From: Candidatus Daviesbacteria bacterium GW2011_GWA1_41_61
GTDB lineage: Bacteria; Patescibacteriota; Microgenomatia; Daviesbacterales; UBA10151
Assembly: GCA_000997385.1 (NCBI GenBank)
Contig: LCBT01000001.1
Coordinates: 49,707 to 113,706 of the forward strand
DNA length: 64,000 bases
Reading direction: 5' to 3'
A program made the position numbers and the translations under genes. The notes under the pieces were generated by a model. That model was not told the origin of the DNA. It did no database searches and saw only the letters and a program-made list of their open reading frames with translations. Shown here piece after piece: positions 26,313 through 35,927 of this stretch (positions are counted from its first letter, which is position 1; the number at the start of each line of letters is the position of its first letter).

Positions 26313-27632
26313 TCAAGGCAGAAAAGATTTGACTAAATTTAATCCTCTTTGAAAAACATCCTTAAAAGGTAATCCCTTAGCCAACACCGGGATATTAAAC
26401 TGCGGTCCCGAAGCCATCTTAGACCCATATAAAATCAAACCTGCTGCTGTAGCAAAAGAAGGAGAGTCAATTTCATCAATTAATCCTACTAATCCTTCAT
26501 TTTTACCTACTCTGGCTGGGTATCCCAATACATATTTAGCTTGGTCTAAAAGCCCCACAGTTAAAGATCCTCCTCCACAGATAACTAAACCAGAAGGAGT
26601 TTGAGTACCGAAACCACTCTTTTTGATCTCCTTGCCTACCAGCTCAAATATTTCCCTCACTCTGGGTCTAATGATAGAGTCAACAACTGCTTTTTTGGAA
26701 ATTTTTTGTAAATCCTCACTGATACCAATACTTTTAACATCCAAAGGTTCTTCCTTTACGGATTTACTTGCTGAAACTCCTCTTTCCTCTTCTTTACCAT
26801 AGGCTTCTGGGAAGGCGGGAATTTTTGAAGTTCTTCCTAAGTAAACCTTGATTTTTTCAGCTGATTCTAAAGAAACTCGCAGCCCGACTGCTAAATCGGA
26901 GGTAATATGACGTGCACCCACGGGAATAACTGAGGAATGAGCAATCGCCCCATCAACATACATCACTACATCAGTCGTTTCTCCCCCGATATCCACTAAA
27001 ATAGCTCCTAGCTCCTTTTCTGTCTCAGTTAAGACAGCATAGGAGGAAGCAATACCGGAGAAAACTAACTCCTCCACATTCACCCCGACCAGTCCCATAC
27101 ATTTGACTAAATTTTTCATCGATGTGGTTGACCCGGTAATAATATGCGTATCTGTTTCTAGTCTTACCCCGGTCATGCCGATAGGATCCCTAATACCTTC
27201 TTGTCCATCCACAGTAAAAGTACGGGGAATTACATGAAGAATCTCTTTGGAAGAAGGTAACGGTATAGCTCTGGCAGCATCATTAACTCTTAAAACATCA
27301 TTTTCAGCAATCTCCCCTTCTGGTTTGGCTACTGCTACCACAGCATGGGAATTAGTACTTTCAATATGAGGTCCTCCAATAGAAACATAAACTGAGGAGA
27401 TGGAATAACCTGCCATCCTCTCTGATGCCTCAATACTCTCGGTGATAGCAGCGACAGCATCTTCAATATCAACAATCTGGGCTTTTCTGACTCCCCGGGA
27501 ATTCACAGCAGAAACCCCAATTAAATTAATCTTCCCATCCTCACCTAAAGAGGCAATAAGAGTAGCTATTTTCGAAGAACCAACATCAACGGCACAGATA
27601 ACTTTGTCTTTCGGCATATTTAACTTAACCAA
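26313..27632 (-). CDS. ftsA: Cell division protein FtsA
   Basis: Actin-fold ATPase motifs ICAVDVGSSKIA and DIGGETTDV. Positioned immediately upstream of ftsZ. Confidence 0.9.
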   Translation of the reverse strand: MVKLNMPKDKVICAVDVGSSKIATLIASLGEDGKINLIGVSAVNSRGVRKAQIVDIEDAVAAITESIEASERMAGYSISSVYVSIGGPHIESTNSHAVVAVAKPEGEIAENDVLRVNDAARAIPLPSSKEILHVIPRTFTVDGQEGIRDPIGMTGVRLETDTHIITGSTTSMKNLVKCMGLVGVNVEELVFSGIASSYAVLTETEKELGAILVDIGGETTDVVMYVDGAIAHSSVIPVGARHITSDLAVGLRVSLESAEKIKVYLGRTSKIPAFPEAYGKEEERGVSASKSVKEEPLDVKSIGISEDLQKISKKAVVDSIIRPRVREIFELVGKEIKKSGFGTQTPSGLVICGGGSLTVGLLDQAKYVLGYPARVGKNEGLVGLIDEIDSPSFATAAGLILYGSKMASGPQFNIPVLAKGLPFKDVFQRGLNLVKSFLP

Positions 27633-27738
27633 CTTGGCTGTAACAGACCTCTCCTACTAAATTAATTTTAAATCTTGTCTTTTGAGAAAGTCAAAAGATA
27701 GATCACCGCCTACTTACCTCATTAGCTTATCCCCAAAT

Positions 27739-28542
27739 TCAATCATTACTTTTGCTGGAAGAATATACAACTACAGGTTTATCAAAACGAAGATCAACAG
27801 TTTCCATTTCTTTCTCGTCTATTTTAGCTTTTTGTAAGATTAGTTGTAAAGAGCCCAGTTGCCGGAAAATATCTCCTGACAAAGAAAAAACTAATTTAGG
27901 CCTGGAGTACACCAGTAAAAAGTCTCCTGACTTTTTGAATTTGAAGAGAGAGCTGTCCTGGGCTTGAATCTCCAGTTTACCCAAATTTAAAATAACTTGC
28001 TCTAACTTAGTTAATAGGTCGCCTTCTATTTTTTGACCTAATTTAAGTTCATCTCCCAAGTAATATAAAATTGGTAACTGAAACTCCTGACCTTGAGCGA
28101 AAACATACCCCTCACTATCGGCAATATATAATTTCTTTACATCCTCAGGCAACGACCAGTCCAGTAAAGCCGTTGACGAGGAGGGAGAAGCGGTTAAATC
28201 CTCATCTAAGGCGGCTGTAGGGATAGGGGCAATTTTTATCAAAGGAACTCTTCCTTCGGCAATGATCTTTATTCCTTTGATAAATTTTCTTTCCCAGCGG
28301 AGGCTTTTGACACAAGGATAAAGTGAAACAGTTTTTTGAAAGATAGCTTTTTCATTAATATAGAAAAAATAGTTATGTTGGAGATTAATTTCTGATTTTA
28401 CCCTAGCCGTATCCAGACAAGCGGCATTTTTTGCTTCCCACTCGATTGAATCTGTTTTTAATAGATCAGTTTTAAAAATAGCCAAAGTTATCAAAACAAC
28501 CAGAAAAAACAGCAAGATAACGGTTTTTTTGCCTCTTATCAT
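27739..28542 (-). CDS. ftsQ: Cell division protein FtsQ/DivIB-like
   Basis: Single N-terminal TM helix plus a periplasmic POTRA-like domain. Canonical position between murG and ftsA. Confidence 0.55.
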   Translation of the reverse strand: MIRGKKTVILLFFLVVLITLAIFKTDLLKTDSIEWEAKNAACLDTARVKSEINLQHNYFFYINEKAIFQKTVSLYPCVKSLRWERKFIKGIKIIAEGRVPLIKIAPIPTAALDEDLTASPSSSTALLDWSLPEDVKKLYIADSEGYVFAQGQEFQLPILYYLGDELKLGQKIEGDLLTKLEQVILNLGKLEIQAQDSSLFKFKKSGDFLLVYSRPKLVFSLSGDIFRQLGSLQLILQKAKIDEKEMETVDLRFDKPVVVYSSSKSND

Positions 28543-29705
28543 CTTAAGTGGGACTCTCTGTCGCCTAAAAGTAAGGTCTCTAAAGCCAGTCTTTTAGCGG
28601 CATCCGCAATAGCTATTGGGTGAGCATTTTGAGCTTGTTTTTTTAACTGGGGTAAATTTTTTAACATCTTAGCAACAGTTTGATATAGTTTTTCAGCTGT
28701 TAAATCCACTTGCCACAAAACTTGAGCTAGTCCCAGTTTTCCAAAGTAGCAGGCGTTAGTTGTTTGTTCATCTTTATAAAGATAGGGTATTGGTATAACT
28801 AAAGTAGGTATAGAAAAATAAGCCAGTTCATAAAGAATATTGATACCACCCCGGGAAATTACCAAATCCACTTTCTTTAAAAGTTCAGCCAAATCTTCAA
28901 CTTCCAGCCATTTTTTTACTAAATATCTCTGGGGATGAGATAAAGATTTTTGTTTACTAGTCATTTTATCAAAATCGTTAAACTTAGAATCTCCAGTCTG
29001 GTGAACAATACAAGCTACTTTAGTCAAATCTTCCAAAATCTGGCGGATAGCTTCATTTATCAGATGGGAGCCCTGATTCCCCCCGGTAATATAAATTAGG
29101 GGTTTCTTTTCTTTTTGGGAGATTTTAACAATTTGGGTTATATCTGGACTCAAGGCAGTAACTTTATCTCTGCTGCGGTTTTCATAGGATTCTAGGATTG
29201 CCTTCCTCATGGGATTACCGGTAAAAACCATCCGCCGGTCTTTTCTTATCTGATCACCTTTAAAAGAAATGGCTACTTTGTTGGCAAAGAAAGCACTTAT
29301 TTCATTGGCGAGTCCCGAAACTAAAGTCTGTTCATGGATAATAATTGGAATAGATAAAAACCAGGCAGATATTACCACCGGCACTCCGACATAACCTCCG
29401 AAAGATAGCACCACATCCGGTTTTTCTTTTAAAAGCACATAAAAAGCCTGAATAAAACCAAAGGGAATTTTTAGCAGTGATGGTATGGTATGGACAGTAA
29501 AAACTCTCTGCAGTCTTCCGGTAGTCAAAGAGATAAATTTAACTCCTAAATTAGATAAAACCTGGGATTCCATGGAGGGAGTTTGATCCCCTTCCCGGGT
29601 GTAGCTTCTGCCCAGATAAACAATTTGCGTATGGGGATACTTTCGCAGCTGCTCAATCACTGCTTGGGCGGGGGTAAAATGTGAACCAGTAACAACAATT
29701 TTCAT
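28539..29705 (-). CDS. murG: UDP-GlcNAc:lipid I N-acetylglucosaminyltransferase MurG
   Basis: GT28 motifs MKIVVTGSHFTPAQAV, GGYVGVPV and ITGGNQGSHLINE. Confidence 0.85.
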   Translation of the reverse strand: MKIVVTGSHFTPAQAVIEQLRKYPHTQIVYLGRSYTREGDQTPSMESQVLSNLGVKFISLTTGRLQRVFTVHTIPSLLKIPFGFIQAFYVLLKEKPDVVLSFGGYVGVPVVISAWFLSIPIIIHEQTLVSGLANEISAFFANKVAISFKGDQIRKDRRMVFTGNPMRKAILESYENRSRDKVTALSPDITQIVKISQKEKKPLIYITGGNQGSHLINEAIRQILEDLTKVACIVHQTGDSKFNDFDKMTSKQKSLSHPQRYLVKKWLEVEDLAELLKKVDLVISRGGINILYELAYFSIPTLVIPIPYLYKDEQTTNACYFGKLGLAQVLWQVDLTAEKLYQTVAKMLKNLPQLKKQAQNAHPIAIADAAKRLALETLLLGDRESHLR

Positions 29706-30847
29706 CTTAAGTTTTGCTTTGAGATATTAAGTAATATACCTACTGCCACCAAATTTGCAAGTAGCGCTGATCCGCCATAAGATATAAAAGGCAGCGGAAC
29801 TCCGGTTAAGGGCATCAAAGAGACCATCGCTGCCAAATTAATAACCGCTTGAACTCCTAACCAGGTAGTCAGCCCGACGGCCAACAGTTTCCCATAGCTG
29901 TCTACAGCCGTTTGAGCTATTTTAAAACCTCTTAAAATCAAAAAACCAATAATAAAGATTAGTACCAGGCTTCCCAAAAAACCAAACTCTTCACCGATAA
30001 CTGAAAAAATAGAGTCGGTGGTCACCTCCGGAATGTAAGCAAATTTTTGCCTGGACTGCCCTACTCCCAACCCCAACAATCCTCCTGATCCTAAAGCTAT
30101 CAGGACTTGAGAAATATGATAAGAAAAGCCTTGAGGGTCAGCAAAAGGGTCTAAAAAGGCTAAAACTCTTTTGATACGATAAGGAGCAATTAAAATGAAA
30201 CCCATAGCTGAAACTAAACTGATTAGCGATAGACCAATAAAGTGAGCTAAAGGAGCTTCAGCAACGAAATAAACTGAAAAAGCAATCATGCTAAAGATTA
30301 TGGCTGAACCTAAGTCTTTTTGGAAAATCCCCAAAATGATCCCCACCAAACCTAAGATTACAAAAAAGGGGAAAGACTTACTGCTTTTACAAAAAATAGC
30401 TGATAAGAAGATAATGGCAGACAACTTAATGATCTCTGCCGGCTGAACATTGAAACCGGGAAACTTCAACCACCGATGAGCTCCTCCAGCAGAAATTCCC
30501 AACCCGGGAATAAAAACCAACAGCAGCAGCAAAACCGAAAAGATAAAAAACGGCAGGGCAAATTTTTGCAGGCGGTGATAATCAAAAAAACTGAAAAAAG
30601 CTAAAGCTCCTAGACCCATCAACAACCAAATAACTTGTTGTTTAATAAAATAATACTTATCTCCAAAATCTCTATAAGCTTCAAATTGGGAAGCGTCATA
30701 AACCATGAGCAGCCCAAAAAGGGATAAAAAAATTACGCTGCCTAAAAGGACCCAGTCAATTTTATGTTGCTGGGTAAAAACTCGGGGGGATTGATAAATG
30801 GACTTTTTCTCCTCTTTAGAAAAAGCCGGTACTTTAAGCCTTCTCAT
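29702..30847 (-). CDS. ftsW: SEDS-family lipid II flippase/polymerase FtsW
   Basis: SEDS motif IPEVTTDSIFSVIGEEFGFLGS. Located between mraY and murG. Confidence 0.8.
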   Translation of the reverse strand: MRRLKVPAFSKEEKKSIYQSPRVFTQQHKIDWVLLGSVIFLSLFGLLMVYDASQFEAYRDFGDKYYFIKQQVIWLLMGLGALAFFSFFDYHRLQKFALPFFIFSVLLLLLVFIPGLGISAGGAHRWLKFPGFNVQPAEIIKLSAIIFLSAIFCKSSKSFPFFVILGLVGIILGIFQKDLGSAIIFSMIAFSVYFVAEAPLAHFIGLSLISLVSAMGFILIAPYRIKRVLAFLDPFADPQGFSYHISQVLIALGSGGLLGLGVGQSRQKFAYIPEVTTDSIFSVIGEEFGFLGSLVLIFIIGFLILRGFKIAQTAVDSYGKLLAVGLTTWLGVQAVINLAAMVSLMPLTGVPLPFISYGGSALLANLVAVGILLNISKQNLR

Positions 30848-30904
30848 CTCTTCTTAGATTCTAGCAGTTTTAGAAGTGTTTAGTACAGATAAAGATCTAT
30901 TCCC

Positions 30905-31915
30905 TTACTGAGAAATCAGAGCTAGCCAAAGACCAAAGATGGCCAGAACTGCTCCGGCCAGCCAAAATCTGACCACAATCTTGGGTTCTTCCCAACCGAT
31001 ATATTTAAAATACATATGGATCGGAGCCACTGGCAGAAGCTTTCTTTTTAAAAACTTTTTGGAAAAGATTTGCAGTAAAGAGGAAAAAATAATCACCACA
31101 TAAACTCCCCCAATAACAGCTAACCCAAAAATTTTACCGGTTAAAAGCCCGATCACGGCTAAAGTTGCTCCAAACCCAAAAGCCCCAGCATCCCCCAGGT
31201 AAACTCTGGCGGGATAGATGTTAAAGTAAAGATAAGCAATTAAGACCCCAATCCATACACCGGTAAAGATAGCCAAATTTTGGTTTAAAACTGAACTGGC
31301 CAAAACCAAAAAGGCAAATAAACAAATAGTCAATAGGCCTGTAGAAAGCCCGTCAAGTCCGTCGGAGATGTTGTAAGCATTAGCAAAGGAAACAATGGCA
31401 AAAACAGCCAAAGGGATATACCACCAACCTAAAACGATGTTGCCAATGACAGGGACAAAGATATTGTTCAACCCCACCACAAAATAAAGTAACAGCGCTA
31501 CTAGTACTGCAAAGAGCAACTGCAAAAGAAACAAATATCTGCCCCTAATCCCGGAATATTTACCAGAAAAGGAGATAAAAATCTTTCTAATATCATCTAA
31601 CAAACCTATAGAACCAAAGGTTAAAATAGTAAAAACTAAAACATAAATGTCTTCACTGGGACCCTGCCTGGTAACAAAAGCTGCCAGTAAACTAAGTACT
31701 ACCACGATAGGTATAAGCAAAATTCCCCCGCCAATAGGGGTATCAATATCCTTGCCAGCAAGCAGCTGATTATGAATTGGAGTATTAACATCATGGGCTA
31801 AAATGGCTGATTTTTTATCTCTTCTCTTTAAATAAAAAAGTAAATCTATAAAAGGAACTAACAAAAAACTGGTCACAAAGAAAGAGATGATAATTAATCC
31901 TAAAAGTTCAATCAT
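30905..31915 (-). CDS. mraY: Phospho-N-acetylmuramoyl-pentapeptide transferase MraY
   Basis: NAYNISDGLDGLSTG motif, 10 TM helices. Confidence 0.9.
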   Translation of the reverse strand: MIELLGLIIISFFVTSFLLVPFIDLLFYLKRRDKKSAILAHDVNTPIHNQLLAGKDIDTPIGGGILLIPIVVVLSLLAAFVTRQGPSEDIYVLVFTILTFGSIGLLDDIRKIFISFSGKYSGIRGRYLFLLQLLFAVLVALLLYFVVGLNNIFVPVIGNIVLGWWYIPLAVFAIVSFANAYNISDGLDGLSTGLLTICLFAFLVLASSVLNQNLAIFTGVWIGVLIAYLYFNIYPARVYLGDAGAFGFGATLAVIGLLTGKIFGLAVIGGVYVVIIFSSLLQIFSKKFLKRKLLPVAPIHMYFKYIGWEEPKIVVRFWLAGAVLAIFGLWLALISQ

Positions 31916-33189
31916 TTGGATTTACTAATCCTCGCCACCACTTCATCAAGTTTAACAGCTCGGGAGCCTTTTATCAAAATTAAGTCACCTTTGCTGGCAG
32001 TTCTTAAAATTCTGGCCACAATTTGGGAATTGGATAAATTTACTTCAATCTTTTCTGGTAAATACCCTAATTTGATTAACTCATCCCCAATAAATCTGAC
32101 ATCTCCTCCTCCTAAAAAGACATAATCTATTTTGTCCTTATAGATCTTCCGGGCTATCTCCCGGTGCAACTGCTCTGAGTAAACACCCAACTCCCTCATT
32201 TCCCCCAAAACAGCAATTCTCCTTCTCGCTGAAAGTTCATTTAAGACATTCAAAGCTTCTTCCAAAGCTACCGGAGAAGAGTTATAAGTATCATCTAAAA
32301 CATAACAACCATTCAGACCTTCTAAAAGTTGTAGCCTATGAGGTGCAGAAGCTACCTTCTCCAACCCCTTTTTAATATTAATCAAATTCATTCCCAAACT
32401 GACTCCCAAAGCGGCAGCAGCTAAGGCGGAATAAACAAAATGCTTCCCCAAAAGATTTAGGAAAATTTCAACCCTCTCTACTCCATAATTTAGTTCAAAC
32501 CTGGTTAAGCCATTCTCCAGGCGGATATTACTGGCCCAAAAATTACAGCTTTGAGGGTCAGTGCCAAAAAAGATCACTTTTGCTTCTGTATCTTTTGCTA
32601 ATTTGCGGACATTTAAATCGTCCCAATTTAAGATAGCAAAACCGTCTTTAGGAAGTTGTCTGATAAGTTTGCCTTTCTCTTCTAAAATCTGATTGATATC
32701 ACCTAAAAACTGGCTATGGGCAAAAGAAATCCTGGTGACAACTGCAGTGGCCGGTTTTACCAGTGAAAGGTAAAAGTTCATCTCTCCAGGATATTCTATT
32801 CCCATCTCCAAAATTGCTTTTTGAGTATTTGGTCTCATCCTTAGGATAGTAGCCGGGATATTAAAGATAGGGTCAAAATTTTCCCGGGTAGCAACAACCT
32901 TAAACTTCTCGGCTAACACTGACAAACAGGTCTCTTTGGTAGTAGTTTTCCCTACTGAACCGGTAATACCGATAAAGGAGCTTCTGGGATATAACTTGGC
33001 CAGATTTCTAGCCAGAAAAAAGCGGGCCAAATGGGCCGGTTTTTTATAAGCTTTAAGATTATTCCAAACAGGATGCTGGTAAATTTCCATAACTTTTATA
33101 TTACTTCTTCCCTTAGCTGGCGGATAACTTAATATTATACTCCTATTTTTCCTGAGCTTTAAGTTTAAAAACTGCCGAAATAATAACAT
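31912..33189 (-). CDS. murF: UDP-MurNAc-tripeptide--D-Ala-D-Ala ligase MurF
   Basis: Mur ligase P-loop IGITGSVGKTTTKE and a C-terminal Mur ligase domain. Confidence 0.85.
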   Translation of the reverse strand: MLLFRQFLNLKLRKNRSIILSYPPAKGRSNIKVMEIYQHPVWNNLKAYKKPAHLARFFLARNLAKLYPRSSFIGITGSVGKTTTKETCLSVLAEKFKVVATRENFDPIFNIPATILRMRPNTQKAILEMGIEYPGEMNFYLSLVKPATAVVTRISFAHSQFLGDINQILEEKGKLIRQLPKDGFAILNWDDLNVRKLAKDTEAKVIFFGTDPQSCNFWASNIRLENGLTRFELNYGVERVEIFLNLLGKHFVYSALAAAALGVSLGMNLINIKKGLEKVASAPHRLQLLEGLNGCYVLDDTYNSSPVALEEALNVLNELSARRRIAVLGEMRELGVYSEQLHREIARKIYKDKIDYVFLGGGDVRFIGDELIKLGYLPEKIEVNLSNSQIVARILRTASKGDLILIKGSRAVKLDEVVARISKSK

Positions 33190-33796
33190 CTTCTTTACTC
33201 ACCAAATAAGGATCTTTTACCTCTACCTCCCCACTGCTGGTTAAAACCTTTACCTGATGAGCTTTTTCCCTGACTATAGGCAGAATATACAAAGATCCTC
33301 CCACTGTTCCCAAGGTATTTTGAAAGATCTCCAACCCTCCCAAGCGGTGTTCTAAAGCAAATTCAGCCAATCTTTTAAGGCTGGTTCCTGATTCAGCTTC
33401 CACTAATGCTTCCTCTATACCTATTCCTTGCCTTGAAACATTACCTTTAACTCCAAAAATTTTTAAATTATCGCTTCGGTTTTTAATCACCAGACTATTT
33501 ATTCCTTCCTTAGAAATAGCTATTTTACTGCCTGAGCCAATAATTAAAAAATCGAGTTTCAGTTCCCGGCAAAGCTGGACAATCTTAATAAGCTCCTCCA
33601 CAGTAGTAGCAATATAAAAAGCTGAGGCCGTACCTCCAAAACCAGATACTAAATGTTCCGAGATATCACAATCTCTTTTGACTCTACTGCCTCCCAGGTA
33701 ATCCTGAAGAATTTTCAGCCGGTCATGCATCTTATTATTTCTTTTGGATGATACGACGCACCGCTTCTTGGTCAGACCAAGGTTTTTCCACTCCAT
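33143..33796 (-). CDS. murB: Short MurB-like FAD-binding protein (UDP-N-acetylenolpyruvoylglucosamine reductase homologue lacking the C-terminal substrate-binding domain)
   Basis: N-terminal LGGSR...EELIKIVQLCRELKLDFLIIGSGSKI and LAEFALEHRLGGLEIFQNTLGTVGGSLY match the MurB FAD-binding domain. The protein ends about 37 aa after the LGTVGG motif (217 aa, versus about 300-340 aa). Its ends overlap murE by 62 nt and murF by 47 nt. Confidence 0.5.
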   Translation of the reverse strand: MEWKNLGLTKKRCVVSSKRNNKMHDRLKILQDYLGGSRVKRDCDISEHLVSGFGGTASAFYIATTVEELIKIVQLCRELKLDFLIIGSGSKIAISKEGINSLVIKNRSDNLKIFGVKGNVSRQGIGIEEALVEAESGTSLKRLAEFALEHRLGGLEIFQNTLGTVGGSLYILPIVREKAHQVKVLTSSGEVEVKDPYLVSKEDVIISAVFKLKAQEK

Positions 33797-34949
33797 GATA
33801 GTTCATTGATTTTTCATGTCCCTTGCCAAAAATTCCCACCACATCACCTTTATCAGTTAAAGATAAAGCCAACTTTATAGCTTTAGTTCTATCAGGTTCT
33901 TTGTAAAGAGTTTTTCCATTTTCCGCTCCATCCTGATAAGCTCCCTGAGCAATCTCTTCAATAATCTTATTTCTATCTTCAAATCTGGGGTCTTCATCAG
34001 TTAAAATTGTTACATCAGCCAATTTACCTGAGATTTTTCCCATTAAAGGTCTTTTTAATTTATCCCTTTGGGAAGCACAACCAAAAACTGCTATCAACTT
34101 ACCTGAAGTTTTAGGTCTTAGGGTCTGCAAAGCATTTTCCAAAGCATTAGGGGTATGGGCAAAATCCACAAACACCCTGATCCCCCGCCTGTTTTTAATC
34201 TCCTCCATCCTGCCGCAAAGTCCACTAAAACCCTCCAGGCTTTTTCTGATCAGTTGATCATCAAGACCTATAATCTTGCCTACCGCAGCTGAAGCTAAGG
34301 CATTACAGATATTATAATCTCCAGGTACTCTCAACTTTAAGGGAGTCTTTTGAGTGTTAATATCGGCCTTATTGCTCATCCCAAAACTTATTACTTTACC
34401 TGAAGTTTCTTCAGACAACCGGGAAAAGTTTACATCATCAGCGTTTAAAACAGCAAATTTAACATTCTGTATAAGTTTAGCTTTAGCCCGGAAGTAGTTT
34501 TCAAAAGTTTTATGGTAATCTAAATGTTCATGGGTAATATTGGTAATTACCCCAATCTCAAAAGGAACTCCCCATACTCTAAATTGATCCAAGGCATGAG
34601 AGGTGACCTCCAGTACCATAAACTCATCGCCATGTTTTAAGGCTTGTTGAAAATATTTTTGAATCACCGAAGAGTGAGGACTGGTCACATGAAAGCCGGT
34701 ATCATAACTTTTTCCAGCTATAACAGCATTAATAGTGGAGATCATGGAAGCTTTTTTACCGGCGTCATGAAGTATTTTGTAAATCATATTCACAGTGGTA
34801 GTTTTACCATCAGTCCCAGTCACCCCAATTACCTTCAGTCTTCTACCAGGAAAGCCATATTTAATATTTGCCAACACTGCCTCCGGCAAATGCTTGGCAT
34901 AATTTACTAAAGAGTGAGGAATTAACTTCCTAATCTTTCTAATCATCAA
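33735..34949 (-). CDS. murE: UDP-MurNAc-L-Ala-D-Glu:diamino-acid ligase MurE
   Basis: Mur ligase P-loop VIGVTGTDGKTTTVNM, a central domain, and a C-terminal DEDPR motif at the DNPR position. Confidence 0.85.
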   Translation of the reverse strand: MMIRKIRKLIPHSLVNYAKHLPEAVLANIKYGFPGRRLKVIGVTGTDGKTTTVNMIYKILHDAGKKASMISTINAVIAGKSYDTGFHVTSPHSSVIQKYFQQALKHGDEFMVLEVTSHALDQFRVWGVPFEIGVITNITHEHLDYHKTFENYFRAKAKLIQNVKFAVLNADDVNFSRLSEETSGKVISFGMSNKADINTQKTPLKLRVPGDYNICNALASAAVGKIIGLDDQLIRKSLEGFSGLCGRMEEIKNRRGIRVFVDFAHTPNALENALQTLRPKTSGKLIAVFGCASQRDKLKRPLMGKISGKLADVTILTDEDPRFEDRNKIIEEIAQGAYQDGAENGKTLYKEPDRTKAIKLALSLTDKGDVVGIFGKGHEKSMNYHGVEKPWSDQEAVRRIIQKK

Positions 34950-34961
34950 GGGTATTATAAC

Positions 34962-35720
34962 TCAAACGCTTCTCACATAATGTGCTAACTCTTTATAAGC
35001 ATCTTGAAAATGATGCAGCCTTCCTAAAACAGAAGTTGCAGGCACAATTCCCGCCTTAATTAAACCGTCAAAAGTAATTTCCACTACAAATGGGGTTTGA
35101 GGAGCTGCATCTTTTACCATCCTAATCATCTGCCCTAGCTCAGTATTATAATTGGGATTTGTTCCCACCATCTCTCGAAGCCAAGCAAAGCTTGGAACAG
35201 TGGGGTCATTGTGAGGCACTCTTCCGGCCTGAACATGTACCTCCTTTAAAACTCCAGCTTCTAAGAAAGCTCCTAAAGATTTCTTCCAATCCCCTAAGGG
35301 TCTGTTCCCTGATTTGGTGGCCTCTTGAGCATGATAGCAGTCATAAACAATACCTGCTGCAGCCTGACTTTGAACCTGACGAATAAGATCACCAGCATTA
35401 CTTTCATCATTAAACACTGCCGGATGGGTCTGCAGCAAAGGTTGACGGAAATTTCCATACATTTTCCTTCCATTGACTTTATAATTGTAAGTTACAACTG
35501 GAAAATTCCCTCTAAAGGCAGTTTCTAGGCTATGAAGGGCTTTTTGTGCCTGCGCATTTTCAGCCAACAATAAATTATAAAAAGATAGTTTCTCTCCTGG
35601 TCTTAGGGGATCCTCTTTTCTTTTTAAAACAGATCCCAGAGTAGCATAAGGATTGAAAATCACATGACCGCTGCGGACCTCTTTCCACTCCTTTAAAACA
35701 TGCAAAGGCGTTTTTAACAC
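34962..35720 (-). CDS. Hypothetical protein (252 aa, GTG start) inserted between murE and ftsI
   Basis: Clean ORF with no TM segment and no motif I can assign (contains VYDCYHAQE, VHVQAGRVPHNDPTVPSF). Canonical dcw clusters have no gene at this position. Confidence 0.45.
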   Translation of the reverse strand: MLKTPLHVLKEWKEVRSGHVIFNPYATLGSVLKRKEDPLRPGEKLSFYNLLLAENAQAQKALHSLETAFRGNFPVVTYNYKVNGRKMYGNFRQPLLQTHPAVFNDESNAGDLIRQVQSQAAAGIVYDCYHAQEATKSGNRPLGDWKKSLGAFLEAGVLKEVHVQAGRVPHNDPTVPSFAWLREMVGTNPNYNTELGQMIRMVKDAAPQTPFVVEITFDGLIKAGIVPATSVLGRLHHFQDAYKELAHYVRSV

Positions 35721-35927
35721 ATCTTTGGTAGCACCTTTTAAGGCATGAAATTCTACGCTGTCAAATCCAGCTTCTTTGGCCCATCGTTGAAAATGGTCAA
35801 CCTTCCAACTTAAGGGGATATCTGGTCTCGTCCCTGTTAAAACTGCAGTACAAGGAAACCTGACGTCTAGCTGTCTTTACATTCGGTGTATCTTACCATA
35901 ATTGTCCCAATATCACTATGAGATAGA

